DNA of 64,000 nucleotides from Centroscyllium fabricii (lineage: Eukaryota), in NCBI GenBank assembly GCA_051313645.2, contig JBNRSN020000007.1, positions 247,132,001 to 247,196,000 on the forward strand, written 5' to 3'. The position numbers and the translations under genes are program-made. Below, piece by piece: positions 49,495 through 62,083 of the stretch (position 1 is the first letter of the stretch; each line of letters starts with the position of its first letter). Below the pieces are notes generated by a model. It searched no databases. It was not told the origin of the DNA and was given only the letters and a program-made list of their open reading frames with translations.

Positions 49495-52400
49495 CAGGTA
49501 CAGAATCCTTTATCCGCAACTCCAAAAACCGAAAAGCTCCAAAAGCCGAAGTCCAGGGTTGCGCCAAATTAACATTTTTTCTTAAATAAGTTGAAGGAAG
49601 TGACCAGCTGCAGCAGAAAAAATATGTTTTTACCTTGAGTTCGTGCTGTTGATGACTTGCTGAGGAAGGAGCAGCGCTCCGAAAGCTTGTGATTTCAAAT
49701 AAAACTGTTGGACTATAACCTGGCGTTAGAATCATAGAATCATAGAAACTTTACAGTGCGGATAAAGGCCATTCGGCCCATCCAGTCCGCACCGGCCCAG
49801 GAAACTCCTCACTATACTAACCCCATTTGCCCGCATCTGGCCCATAACCCTGTATGTTACGGTCCTTCATGTGCTGGTCCAAATATTTTTTAAATGTTGC
49901 GATGGTTTCTGCCTCCACCACCCTTACAGGCAGGGAGTTCCACACTTCCACCACCCTCTGAGTAAAGAAATTTCTCCTTACCTCCCCCCTAAACCTCCCC
50001 CCCCCTAATCTTGAATCTATGTCCCCTGGTACTTGACTCTCCCACCAAGGGAAACAATGCCCCTTTATCCACCTTATCGTGTCCTCTCATGATCCTGTAT
50101 ACCTCGATCATGTCACCCCTCAATCTTCTCTTCTCCAAGGCAAACAACCCCAGCCTGTCCAGCCTTTCCTCGTAGCATAAGTCCCCCAGACCAGGTATCA
50201 TCCTGGTAAACCTTCTCTGCACCCTCTCCAGGGCAACCACATCCTTCCTGAAGTGCGGTGACCAGAACTGCACACAGTACTCCAGCTGAGGTCTCACCAG
50301 CGTGTTATACAAGTTTAACATTACCTCCCTACTTTTGTACACTATGCCCTGGTTAATAAAGGCCAGAATTCCGTATGCCTTCTTAACCACCTTGTTTACG
50401 TGTCCAGCAACCTTCAGGGAGCTGTGCACCTGTACCCCAAGGTCCCTCTGTTCCTCGGTCCTACCTAACGTTTTTTTGTTCATGGTATATTCCCTTACCC
50501 CATTTGGTCTGCCGAATTGTATGACCTCGCATTTCTCTGGGTTGAACTCCATTTGCCATTTTTCTGCCCAACTAACCATTACATTTATATCTTCCTGGAG
50601 CCTTTTACTATCTTCATCGTTATTTACCACCCTTCCAATTTTCGTATCATCAGCAAATTTGCTGATCGTACCCCCTACTCCCGTGTCCAAATCATTAATG
50701 TATACTAGAAACAGTAAGGGTCCCAAAACCGATCCTTGGGGGACACCGCTGGTTACTGGTTTCCAGTCACAGAAGCAGCCCTCTACCATTACCCTTTGTC
50801 TCCTGTCCCCCAGCCAATTTTGAATCCACTGTGCCACGTTGCCCTGTATCCCATGTGCTTTTACCTTTGTTATCAGTCTCCTATGTGGGACTTTATCAAA
50901 AGCCTTGCTGAAGTCCATATACACCACGTCGACCGTACTCCCTTCATCCACCCTTTTTGTTACCTCTTCGAAGAATTCCAAGAGATTAGTTAGGCACGAC
51001 TTACCTTTGACGAAGCCATGTTGACTATCTCTTATCAGACCCTGCCTTTCCAAATGCAGACTGATTTTGTCCCTCAGAATTTTTTCCATTACTTTCCCCA
51101 CTACAGATGTAAGACTGATTGGCCTATAGTTACCCGGTTTGTCCCTACTACCCTTTTTAAACAGGGGTACTACATTAGCCGTTCTCCAGTCCTCGGGTAC
51201 CTCCCCTGACGCGAGAGAGGACCTGAAAATTTGAGACAGGGGGCCCGCAAGCTCTTCCCTGGCCTCGAACAGCAGCCTGGGGAACATCGCGTCCGGCCCT
51301 GGTGATTTGTCTACCTTTAAGCTTCCCAAGATTTCTAGTACTTCTTCCCTTGTAATGGTAATATCCTCAATTACCCCCCCTACACTCTGTCCGATTACGA
51401 TGTCGGTTCCGTCCCTCTCTCTTGTGAATACTGAAGAGAAAAATTCGTTTAGTACCTCCCCCACCGCCTCGGGCTCGACGCACAGCTTTCCGCTATCGTC
51501 CTTAATGGGCCCCACTCTTTCCCTCGTGATCCTTTTGTTTTTTATATAACTGTAAAATGCCTTAGGGTTATCCTTGATTTTGCCGGCCATTGCAATCTCA
51601 TGACCCCTCTTGGCTTTTCTTATCTCCTTCTTTAATTCCCCCCTATACTTCTTATACTCCCCTAGCGCCTCCTCAGTTTTTAGCCGTTTATATTCATTGA
51701 AGGCCCCCCTTTTTTTCTTCATTGATTTACATATATCCCTAGACATCCAAGGTTCCCTTTGTTTACCTCCCCCGCCCTTGATTTTTGCAGGAACATGTTC
51801 CTCCTGTATCTTCCCGACCTTCCCTCTGAAGGCCTCCCACTGCTCTGATGCAGATCTTCCTCTGAGAAGATGGCCCCAGTCTACTGCGGCTACATCGCGC
51901 CTAATTTTAATGAAATCCGCCTTCCCCCAGTTTAGTACTTTTACCCCTGGTCCATTTTTATCCTTCTCTATTACAATCTTGAAACTAACTGAATTGTGGT
52001 CGCTATCCCCGAAGTGCTCCCCCACTGTTACCTCCTCTATCTGCCCGTCTTCGTTCCCAAGTATTAGGTCTAGTACCGCCCCCCCCCCTTGTAGGTGACC
52101 CAACATATTGCTTCAAAAAACTCTCTTGGCTGCATTTTAAGAATGCTGAACCTTCCGTGCCCCTCACACTCTGACAATCCCAGTTGACGTTGGGGAAATT
52201 AAAGTCCCCTAATATTATTACTTTGTTATTTTCGCTTATCTTCGTGATTTGCTCACATATCTTACCCTCCATCTCCCCTTTACTGTTTGGTGGTCTATAA
52301 TATACTCCCAGTAAGGTGCCCCCCCCCTTTTTATTTTTTACCTCCACCCATAGTGCCTCGTTTGAGGAATCATCCATTAGGCCGACCCGCCTGATGGCTG

Positions 52401-53945
52401 TGATTGAATCCTTAATCAGTATCGCTACCCCCCCTCCCCTTTTTCCCTCGTCTCTGTCCCGCCTGAAAATTCTATACCCCGGAATATTTAGCTGCCATTC
52501 CTGCCCCTCCTTCAGCCACGTCTCCGTGATAGCTACTATATCATATTCCCATGTGTCAACCAATACCTTTAACTCATCCTCCTTGTTAGTCAGACTCCTT
52601 GCGTTAAAATATATACCTTTCATTCTCTGACCTAATACTACCTTGTTTTGCTGTCTAGTCTGCTTTCCTTTATTAGGTTGTATTCCCCTACCCTTTATGC
52701 CTTCACTCTGGGTCCCCTCCCCCTGCCAATTTAGTTTAAACCCACCCCAACCCGACTATCAAACCTTCCCGCAAGGATATTGGTCCCATTCCGGTTCAGG
52801 TGCAACCCGTCCGGCATGTACAGGTTCCACTTACCCCAGAGGCAAGACCAATTGTCCAAAAAGCTGAAACCCTCCTTCCTACACCAACTTCTTAGCCACG
52901 AATTAAGCTGCTCTATCTTACGGTTCCTATACTCACTAGCTCGTGGCACTGGGAGTAATCCAGAGATTACAACCTTTGGGGTCCTGCTTTTTAGCTTTTT
53001 ACCCAGCTCCCTAAATTCTCTTTGCAGGACCTCGTCCCCCTTTTTTCCTATGTCGTTGGTGCCAATGTGGACCACAACTTCTACCTGGTTCCCCTCCCCC
53101 CTCAAGATGTCCTGCAGCCGATCCGTGACATCCCGGACCCTGGCACCAGGGAGGCAAGTAACCATCCTGGTGTCACGTCTGCGGCCGCAGAACCGCCTCT
53201 CTGTGCCCCTTACGATTGAATCCCCTATTACTACTGCTGGCACATTAGTTTCCCTCCCATTCTGGGCAGCCCCAGCACCCCTAGTGCCAGGAAGTAGGCT
53301 GCTGCTGCCCTCCCGCGTTGTGTGACTTCTTACATTTGTCCACCCCAGTCCAACACCGGCACCTCCACATCAGGAAAAAGACGGCCAATCTCCTGTTCCA
53401 AACAGCCGATATGCCTGAAACGTCAACTCTGCTCCTCTCTCCACCGATGCTGCCTGGCCTGCTGAGTTTCTCCAGCATTTTCTGTTGTTGTGGCCGATAT
53501 GCCGTTCCCGCTTGTAGAGCGCGCGCACTCGTGCCACGTGGCTGTGCGTCTCCCTGGCAACAATTGTCCCAGCCACGCGGCCCGCGTCACCGGTCCTGCT
53601 CACCACAACCCACAGTTTCACTTGTGTAATCTTTCCACCAAGGTACGACACGGATATTACTCCGAATGAATTGTCTATATTCCCGGGCTCGCGGGAGAAT
53701 CAGTACATAACTCTACAATTCCGCGCTATGTTTAAAACTAATTGAAAAGGGACCGTCATTGTATGTTGATAAATGTCATGTTTGGTAAAGTTATTTTCGT
53801 GGATATTTCGTATATATTCCGACTGCGAACTGGGCCGCAAACACGGCAATGCGCATGCGCACTGGGCCAACTCTAAAAAATGAAATTATCCCAAAACCGA
53901 TACCCGCCCGGTCCCGAGGTTTTCGGATCAAGGGTTGTGTACCTG
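49495..53945. mobile_element. Tc1/mariner-type non-autonomous element containing Penelope-derived repeats and a CR1
   Basis: TA|CAGGTACAGAATCCTTTATCCG ... CGGATCAAGGGTTGTGTACCTG|TA. Confidence 0.7.
49728..53314 (-). mobile_element. young CR1 LINE (ORF1 esterase part + complete ORF2 with homopolymer frameshifts)
   Basis: ORF1 SGNH motif VIGDSIVRG (52731-53243), EN 52003-52623, RT 49989-52106; ATCATAGA tail repeats; GCGTT TSD (49723-27 / 53315-19). Confidence 0.95.
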
Positions 53946-55108
53946 TAGTTGCATTTACGTCTGAGGCAGGTTTTGGAATCCTTCAGTTGCAGTCACTTTC
54001 TGCCACACCCCACCCCTTGTGAAGAGCTTCCTCCAAGCACAGGTGGCAGCACCGCTGGGAGTTGCTGACAATATTCAGTGAGACTGACTGGAAATTTTGC
54101 TGGGGTCTGCAGCAGATGGGTGGAGGACCTGGCCTGCCACACCTCTGGGAACACTGCCACCAGAGGGGAAAATTTGGCTTGCATGTTTTAGTGTTAAGAT
54201 TACCAACAAACTGATATTGAGACTGGACCAAGCTAGGGATGTACTTTAAACAGCCCCAACAGCAAAAAAAACAACTTAATGAAGTTTAAAAAAATAAAAA
54301 TTTCAGTAGTTGGATTCAGCATTATGTGGTGCAACATTGTTTTAGTGTGGAACAATTGTTGACATTCTGTACCTTCATAGACTGTCTTAACCTAATGGGC
54401 CCATCAACGTTTGATTGTATGTACCTTCTTTCCTGCTTAACTTAAGGATTTTGTAGGGCAGGGTTGTATGAAAACATTGCTGTCTAACCATATTTTTTAA
54501 AATAAGTTTCCAATGTCTTATTGTTAGATGACTGTGTTTGAGGAAAGATTAGAAACGCCTTAAATTGCTTAATGAAAGAGGACCTTGGAGAGGTATGTAA
54601 AATACTAAATGAAATGGAAAGGGTCCTGAATACTGTTTCACGCTAAACCACAACTGCAGGGCAAGGGGACATGGGTACAAACTGTACTGTGCAAGTTCAG
54701 GACTGACACTTAACACAGTGATTTAATACTTTGAACGGCTTTCTGAATTGTGTATTGGAGGCAAAAACTCTGGAGTAGTTGAAAAGGGATTTGGATGCTG
54801 TGGTAATAATAATGGGTCCATAGGTTTCTGTGAAAGGATGAGTGAGATGGGCTGAATGTCATCTTTCATCTTCATACCTTGTGCATGAGTTTTGTGTTCT
54901 TTTAGAGGGATGTAGTTTGTTCACCTTGTTGCTTTTCACCTTTTTAATGCTGCCCTAGATGATTGAGTGCAACCTTCTTTGTTGCAAATCTTGCTTTCTT
55001 AGAATCTTACTGCACTGAACCGAAGGAGGCCATTCAGCCCATTGTGCCTGTGCTGGTACTTTGAAAGAGCCTTCCACTGTCCTGCTCTTTCCCATTAGCC
55101 CTGCATTA

Positions 55109-55480
55109 AGTAGAACACTCCCCGGGGCCCGGAGCGCGCGGGTAGAACGCTCCCCGGGGCCCGGAGCGCGCGGGTAGAACGCTCCCCGGGGCCCAGAGCG
55201 CGCGGTTAGAACGCTCCCCGGCGTGGTTAGGATGCTCCCCGGCGCGGGTAGGACGCACCCCGGCACGGGTAGGACGCTGCCCGGCGCGGGTAGAACACTT
55301 AAAAGAACTGAAAAACCAGCAACCCAAACGCCTGACGCCTTCAGCGCTCGCCCACCCTTCATGGGAAATGGCGGCGCCGCCAAGTGGCTGCTCCACAAAC
55401 TGAAGGCCACCGGTTCCGATTCGTGCCGAACCACTGAAGTTGCCGAACCATCGGGTGCCGGATTACCGGTGCTCAACCTG
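55109..55480. mobile_element. partial MITE with 32-bp GC-rich tandem repeat
   Basis: GTAGAACGCTCCCCGGGGCCCGGAGCGCGCGG repeats at 55109-55298; single right TIR GGTGCTCAACCTG|TA at 55480. Confidence 0.7.
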
Positions 55481-55642
55481 TATTTATTTCTGCCAAGTTC
55501 TGGCAGAAGTTCCATTTTGTATTTCTTTTTGTCTAATTTTTCTAGCTAGATTAATGGGTAGCAGCAGACCCAGCTGCATCTGAAAAGAGAAATGACAGGT
55601 GCACACATTAACCTTTTTTCGAACTGGAATGTATTTGCAGTA

Positions 55643-56045
55643 CAGGTTGAGCACCATTAATCCGGCACGGGCAGGACCAGGCCCGTGCGGGAAAGTGAAA
55701 ATCCCGAACAATTGAAGCTTCGGCGCGCGCATGCGCAGACCATTCAAAATGGGCGCCGCAAAAGGCCGGCGGCCATTTTGAGTGGTCTGCACATGCGCTT
55801 ATCGTTCGGGGAGTCCCGGCCCAGCCCACGATCGGCGAGTCCCGGCCCAGCCCAGTATTGGCTCGGAGAGACCATTGTGAATGATCTGCGCATGTGCTCG
55901 CTGTTCGGTGGCGCATGCGCAGATCATTCGCCAAAGCATGAATCGCGGCGGCCATTTTGCGCATGCGCGGAGCAGTCGGGGAAATTATTGCCGGACGTTC
56001 GAAGTTGCCGATTTTTCGGGTAACGGATTAATGGTGCTCAACCTG
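55643..56045. mobile_element. Tc1/mariner MITE (4258 family)
   Basis: TA|CAGGTTGAGCACCATTAATCCG ... CGGATTAATGGTGCTCAACCTG|TA perfect TIR. Confidence 0.92.
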
Positions 56046-56714
56046 TATTTTGTTTTTATTTCAGATTTGTAGTTTGTTCTTTTTATCTGAACAGGATTAA
56101 AATTAGAAGTTTTATTACAAAATAAAATGCTGGTCACTATTCTCAGAAATGAAGTCTCATTTTAAGTCTATATACTTTCAGAGTAGATTTTGAAAGTGTC
56201 CCAGCAGAGATTTGCATACCTGATTCGCCGTGCTCTGGAAAATCACTCGCCTATGTCAGTTCTCCGACCTGCACTCATCCAGTGTGGCAGTGGAGTCTTA
56301 AAACTGTAAACTGGCAAACAATTTTACACCTGAAAATGTTGAAATCGATGGACAATGTTGAAAAAAGCCACTGATTTGTAAATCTTCTAATGTGATCAAT
56401 CAGAAAAGAGAACAACCATTCAAAATGGCTTGTAAGTAGAGCATTATCTTTTTAACTCTGTCCAGATCTTGACAGGTTGGTATTGCAAGTTCCCACTTCA
56501 ATTCAATTCAATTCAATTAGACTTGTTGTCTATCAAATCCTGAGCAGACGGTCAGTTGTTCATGGATAGCAGATTGACAGAAATAACTGTCTAGAGTCTG
56601 GAGCAGAGTTTAGGTCAATGGCCTCTACTCTAAATTCAAGTTTACTTTACTGACATAGCTAGGGTTTGCAACTGATGGCTGCATGTTTCGGGTGAGCAGG
56701 GCAGCATTGTGGTA

Positions 56715-57079
56715 CAGGTCTGACACCGTTAATCTGGCACCGGCGGGACTAGGCCGGTGCCGGATTAGTGAAAAATCCAAACGATTGAAGCTTCGGCGAG
56801 CGCATGCGCAGACCATTCAAAATGGCCTCCGCGAAGGCCAGTGGCCATTTTGAATGGTATGCGCATGCCGAAGCATCAATCGTTTGGGGAGACGCCTGGG
56901 TATGCGCAGCCAAGCGCGGCGGCCATTTTGCGCATGCGCAGAGCTGTCGGGGAGAGGCCCGGGCATGCGCAGCCAAACGCGGCAGCCATTTTGTACATGC
57001 ACAGACCAGTCGGCCCGATTCGTTCCAGACGACTGAAGTTTCCGGATTACCGGTGTCCGGATTAACGGTGCCGGACCTG
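56715..57079. mobile_element. Tc1/mariner MITE (4258 family variant)
   Basis: TA|CAGGTCTGACACCGTTAATC ... GATTAACGGTGCCGGACCTG|TA. Confidence 0.88.
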
Positions 57080-59342
57080 TACTTTGTGTCTGGGGGCTGG
57101 ATTTTCTCAATGGAGACGTGCTGGAGGCGGGATCTCTGGTTTCCAGGTTTCAGTCCTGCCGCCAGCGACGTCTGAACAACCCACACTATTTTCCCTTGAT
57201 TGGCCTCGTTAACTCCGCCCTGGAAAGCTGGTGACAAATGACATCAACGTTTGATGCTTCATCAGTCGTCAATTGCTTCAGACGCTGTCAAAATCTGACA
57301 ATCCCTATTCTAAGGTGAGCCCTTGCACATAGGCTCACCAGACCTCTCAGCAGAAAGCGGATGGCTGCTACATCTGAGAATGAGCAGCCATTCTGTCATC
57401 TCTGCCGTTGAGATGAGGCACCTCTGGATCCTCAAAGATTGAAGCCTGCAGAAAGAAGCAACGGTAAGGAAACTTTTTCCAACATTTTACACTCGCATCT
57501 CATACTTGCCTGTCCACACTTGCACCCATTATTCACCTCTACAGCTGACATTTCGACCCCTCTCACCCCCGCAGACCCACTGCTCACCTCGCTGACCCTG
57601 GTCCGCAGCCGCCGGGAAGCCCGCAATTGCAGGTGTAAAATGGGGAAAATCCTCAAAACTACTTGTTAACAGGCAGTTAATTGGCTCTAATCCCCTTCCC
57701 GCCTCAAAGAGAAGGGTCCCTGCGCGACTTGGGGACCCATCTCCTGAGAAGATGGCACGGAGATGGGTTGGGAGCAGGTCAGTACCCGCTCCCAGTTTCT
57801 GCCATTTTCCCGGCAGTCCCGCCTCCCCAGGGCTGGGAAAATTACCCCCTTACCCCCTCGTCGTCTGGCCAGTTCAAATGAAGTTCTCTGAGCTGAATTT
57901 AGTCTTTTAGTTTGGGGCTTTTTGTCAGGTAAGGCTTTTGGAAATAATTTTATATGTTTGGAATCGTGTTCCTTTTCTTTCAAGCAGAAGTTAGTTCCAC
58001 TGTTGCATTTTCACTTTTAATGTAGTTGTATCTTAGTTGGCTTTCAAGATGCAATGTTTACCTAAAAGTGCCAGTTGAAGTCATCCAGCCCGTTCTCATT
58101 TATTGTGACCTTTTTATAAACTTTATTTTTTACACTCAAAAATGTTTAATTACATTTTTCTTCATTCTAAGTAACTTTATAATAAATGACACGTGACCGC
58201 ACTGGAGCTACTGTTTCCACAGTACCTGTAGTAGCATAGTTTGAAGGTAGTCAGACCTTTAATAATATACAAACAGGATCCGATTACAGGAGCCATGTCC
58301 TTTCCATTTTCAGTGGAGTTTGCAATAAAAGCGAAGTTATGACTATCATGGAATTCAGTAGAGTGGTTTTCAAATGTTTCTTTGGGAGAGGGGAAATTGC
58401 ACAATATCGTGACACTGAGGACCGACTTCAAACTTCCATCCTAACTTCTGAAAGATAGTGTCATTTACCCAAACAGTACTATTCTAGCAAAAAAACATTT
58501 TTATTGGTATACAGCAACAGAAACTTTGGGCTAATATAAGTACAGAATTCTCTCAGAGCCCGCGCTTGAGGCACCCACTTTGAAAGCCTGTGATTTAGAA
58601 ATGTACCGCAATTTTTCTCTGGAGGTGGGGGCACCTATTTAGAACTTGGGGCCCTTCGGATAAATCAATAATTGTTTTCAGTAGCTACGGTGGAATATTA
58701 TGGTGCATTTTGATTGGGAATTTTCTTTTTATTACAGCTTTAAAAATATATAATGCATAAGATTAACAAAAATATTCTTGCGTTGGGTGTGATAATTTTG
58801 ATGACTCTCTTCTGTTATCTTGACTGGGCATTAATAATGAAACATTTCAGAATTCCAAAGGGGAAATATATGGTTATTTCCTGTTGCCCAATAGTGTTCT
58901 GGTTTCCAAAGACAAATCCTTTGATTGGTAGCAGTATTAATCTGTTTGTCAGCATTCTGCCTTTGGTAATCATCGTCGGAATCTTGGTTGTATTTTTTTC
59001 AGTCATTGTGAAGACGATTGGGGAAGGGGAGAAACCACGAATGATTGAAAATGTTTGTCTCAGACCTGCCAATGATGTAATCAAATCTTTTAGATGTTCT
59101 CATGATTCAGCACTAATAAACAGTTTTTAGTTTTCAGATTCACAAACAAAGTTCATCAGGTAAACTTGGATTAAACTGATGAAGTTTGTATGTAAATCTA
59201 GTATTCACGTCCTTGCCAAGTTCAAAAACAGCCCAGATTATTTTGCTAAAGCTTTCAGAAAAGCAAGGGAAAGAAAATGGCTGCAACTTCCTACCATGGG
59301 ATTTTCATTTTAACTACCATAGCCACTATGCAAAGATCAGTT

Positions 59343-59475
59343 CATAGAATCCCTACAGTGCAGATAGAGGCCATTTCAGCCCATCGAGCCTGCACCGACA
59401 CATATCCCACCCTATCCCCGTAACCCCACATATTTAATCCCCCTAATTTATCCTGGCCAATCAACCCAACCCGCA
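59343..59475 (-). mobile_element. HE1-like SINE 3' fragment
   Basis: Reverse complement of ~8125-8268. Confidence 0.8.
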
Positions 59476-60090
59476 GAGTTCTGAACCTTCAGTGTAACAA
59501 ATATTGGGGTTGACAAAATTGGAATGAGGAAACAGCCTTTTATATCACTGTGGTACAAAATTGCCAATAAATGTTACTTGTGTGCGCACACACACACGCC
59601 TTTACAAAAATACCTCTCTGATATGTGTTCTGCATGCATATAATAGTGAGAAATAATAAACTCGGGTTTGTCAACTAGCTGGAAATATTAGGGAAAATAT
59701 TATGGACTAAATTAACTAATCAAAGAATTGAATTCCCCTCTCTCCTGTTTTTTAATGCATTGTACCAGACAGAGAGCTTGCTTAGCTGCGAGGTAATATA
59801 TTAAGTTTTGCATGTCTACTGGTCACATCTCCTCCTGTTGTGGAGGTGGCAGTATGAGAGGATAGAAAGCTAAAATGCTCCTGTTATCCCAAAGGTGATC
59901 AGGTCAGGAGGACCCACACCTAGCAAAAACAACAGAAAATACTCCTTAGTTTCTCTTTGCAGTCAGCATTGCACTCAAAGCTGTATTTAGTTCTACCGTG
60001 ACAGCTGAATGCAACATTCCAGCAGAGCCTTGAACAGCTGTTGAAAAATTGAATAGTTGGTTTATATATAGATCAGAACTTTAAAGACAC

Positions 60091-62083
60091 TGTGGTAACC
60101 ACTATATTACCACTATATTACCACTGTATAACCACTGCTAATAATGGGCTGTGCAACTGTTAGGCACAGCCCTGTTTGTTATGACACTGCCGAGAACCAG
60201 GTCAGCCACACCCCCGACTCCTCCCCCAGGTGAGGCCCCGGTATAGGTGTGGTCTGACCCAAGTTCATTCATTCCTGTACTGTAACTCGTGAGGAGAGTA
60301 GCTCCAGTCTTTAGCAATTAAAAGCCTTGTATTTCGGTACTTACTTGTCGCCTTTTAATTGAGCTAGCGACTACGCTACAATTTTAATTGCTAAACTTAA
60401 AAATGGAGAGCAACTCGGTAAAGCCTAGGGAGCTGGACGTTAGCCCCCAGGATGCCGCGGCACCAGCTACCTTCAAGCACTGGTTCGGCCTACTACAGGC
60501 CTATACAGCAGCCGCCAAGGCTACTAAGGACGAGGACAAACTACAAGTCCTGAGATCCAGGATCTCCAGCAGGGTCTTCACCCTTGTCCAGGATCTTACA
60601 ACCTACGAGGAAACTGTGGCGACCCTCAAGAAGTGCTATGAGCGCCCGGTCCATTCCGTCTACGCTCGACACATACTAGCGACCCGATCTCAGCTACCCG
60701 GTGAGTCGAACGATGAGTTCGAGCAAGCGCTCCGGGGCCTGGTGCGGGCCTGTGGCTGCAAGGGCGGATTGACTGTTGCACAGGAGGAAGACCTCCTCCT
60801 CAGGGACGCTTATGTTTCTGGACTAAGATGCGGAGTAGCCCGTCAGAGGCTACTGGAGAAGGATAACCTGACCCTTGAGGAGTCAACCATGTTAGCCAAA
60901 TCGGTGGAAGGGGCCCGTAACAAATCACAGACATACGGTGGCACAAATCAACAAGTCTACAATGTATGGGCCGCGCCACAACAGGCGTCACGGACCGAGA
61001 GCCCCACGATGGCCGCGACGGCCACCACGGACACTAAACACAAACATTGTTACTTCTGCGGCCAAGGATTGCATCCCAGAGCAAAATGCCCGGCCAGGAT
61101 TGCGACCTGCGAAAAATGCGCTAAGAAAGGACACTTTGCCAAGGCCTGCAGATCGGCTCCAGCAGCAGTTCCAAAAAGGTACAACAGTGCAGCCTGTGAG
61201 AGCAACCACCAACAGGTAAGCTACAATTGCAGTGCAATCCAGCGACGGCAAGCCGCCCCTTCCCCCATCCCGATGCAGCGGCGACCGGCCAAGCGCGACC
61301 CTACAACGCGGCCGGCTGCGTGCGAATCACAGGCACCGCCAACCAGACCACCGCGGTTCGCTGCGTGCGAATCACGGGCACCGCCAGCGCGTTCACCGCG
61401 GTTCGCTGCTTGCGAATCACGGGCGCGTCATGGCCCCTCAAACGCCGCTCCACAACGTACCGCCAGCGAGTTCACCGCGGTTCGCTGCGTGCGAATCACG
61501 GGCGCCGCCAGCGCGTCAGGGCCCCTCAGAAACGCCGCTCCACAACCTAGGCCCCTCCATGTGCGAGCCAGGGGCGGCGCCATTTTGTATACGGGGTCCC
61601 ATCAGCTGCGGGCCAGGGGCGACGCCATCTTGCATCCAGGGCCCCGCCATGTGCGAGCCAGGGGCGCCGCCATTTTGTGCACAGTCCCTATCAGCAGGGA
61701 CTGCTGCAGCCAGAACCAGAGTTAGTCAAAGCAGGCCCCATCACCTGTCTAATTCAATAATATCGATCGCTATTAATAGCCATACTGTCGACTGCCTTCT
61801 TGACACGGGCAGTACCGAGAGCTTTATTCACCCTGATACAGTGCGGCGCTGCGGACTGCAGGTCCTGCCCACCAACTACCAAGTGTCCCTAGCTTCACAG
61901 TCCCACACCGCGGACGTCACCGGCTACTGCTCCGTCACGCTCACCGTCCAGGGACGCGTGTACCGTAACTTTAAGTTGTATACCCTCAAACAGTTGTGTG
62001 CCCCAGCCTTACTAGGCTTGGATTTCCAGTGCCACTTCAGGAGCGTGACAATGGAGTTCGGTGGGACCTTACCCCCCCTGCTG
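60091..62083 (+). mobile_element. 3'-truncated Gypsy element (5' LTR 60091-60380, gag, protease), related to 41870-46510
   Basis: LTR TGTGGTAACC..GCTACA; gag from ATG 60403 (MESNSVKPRELD, CCHC knuckles); protease LLDTGSTESFIHPD; similarity ends after TMEFGGTLPPL. Confidence 0.92.

Noticed and set aside
50302-53325. Plus-strand ORFs of 60-181 aa
   Set aside because: Antisense shadows of the CR1 ORFs.
58753-59130. 125-aa hydrophobic ORF
   Set aside because: T-rich composition explains the hydrophobicity; no family motif or splice support.
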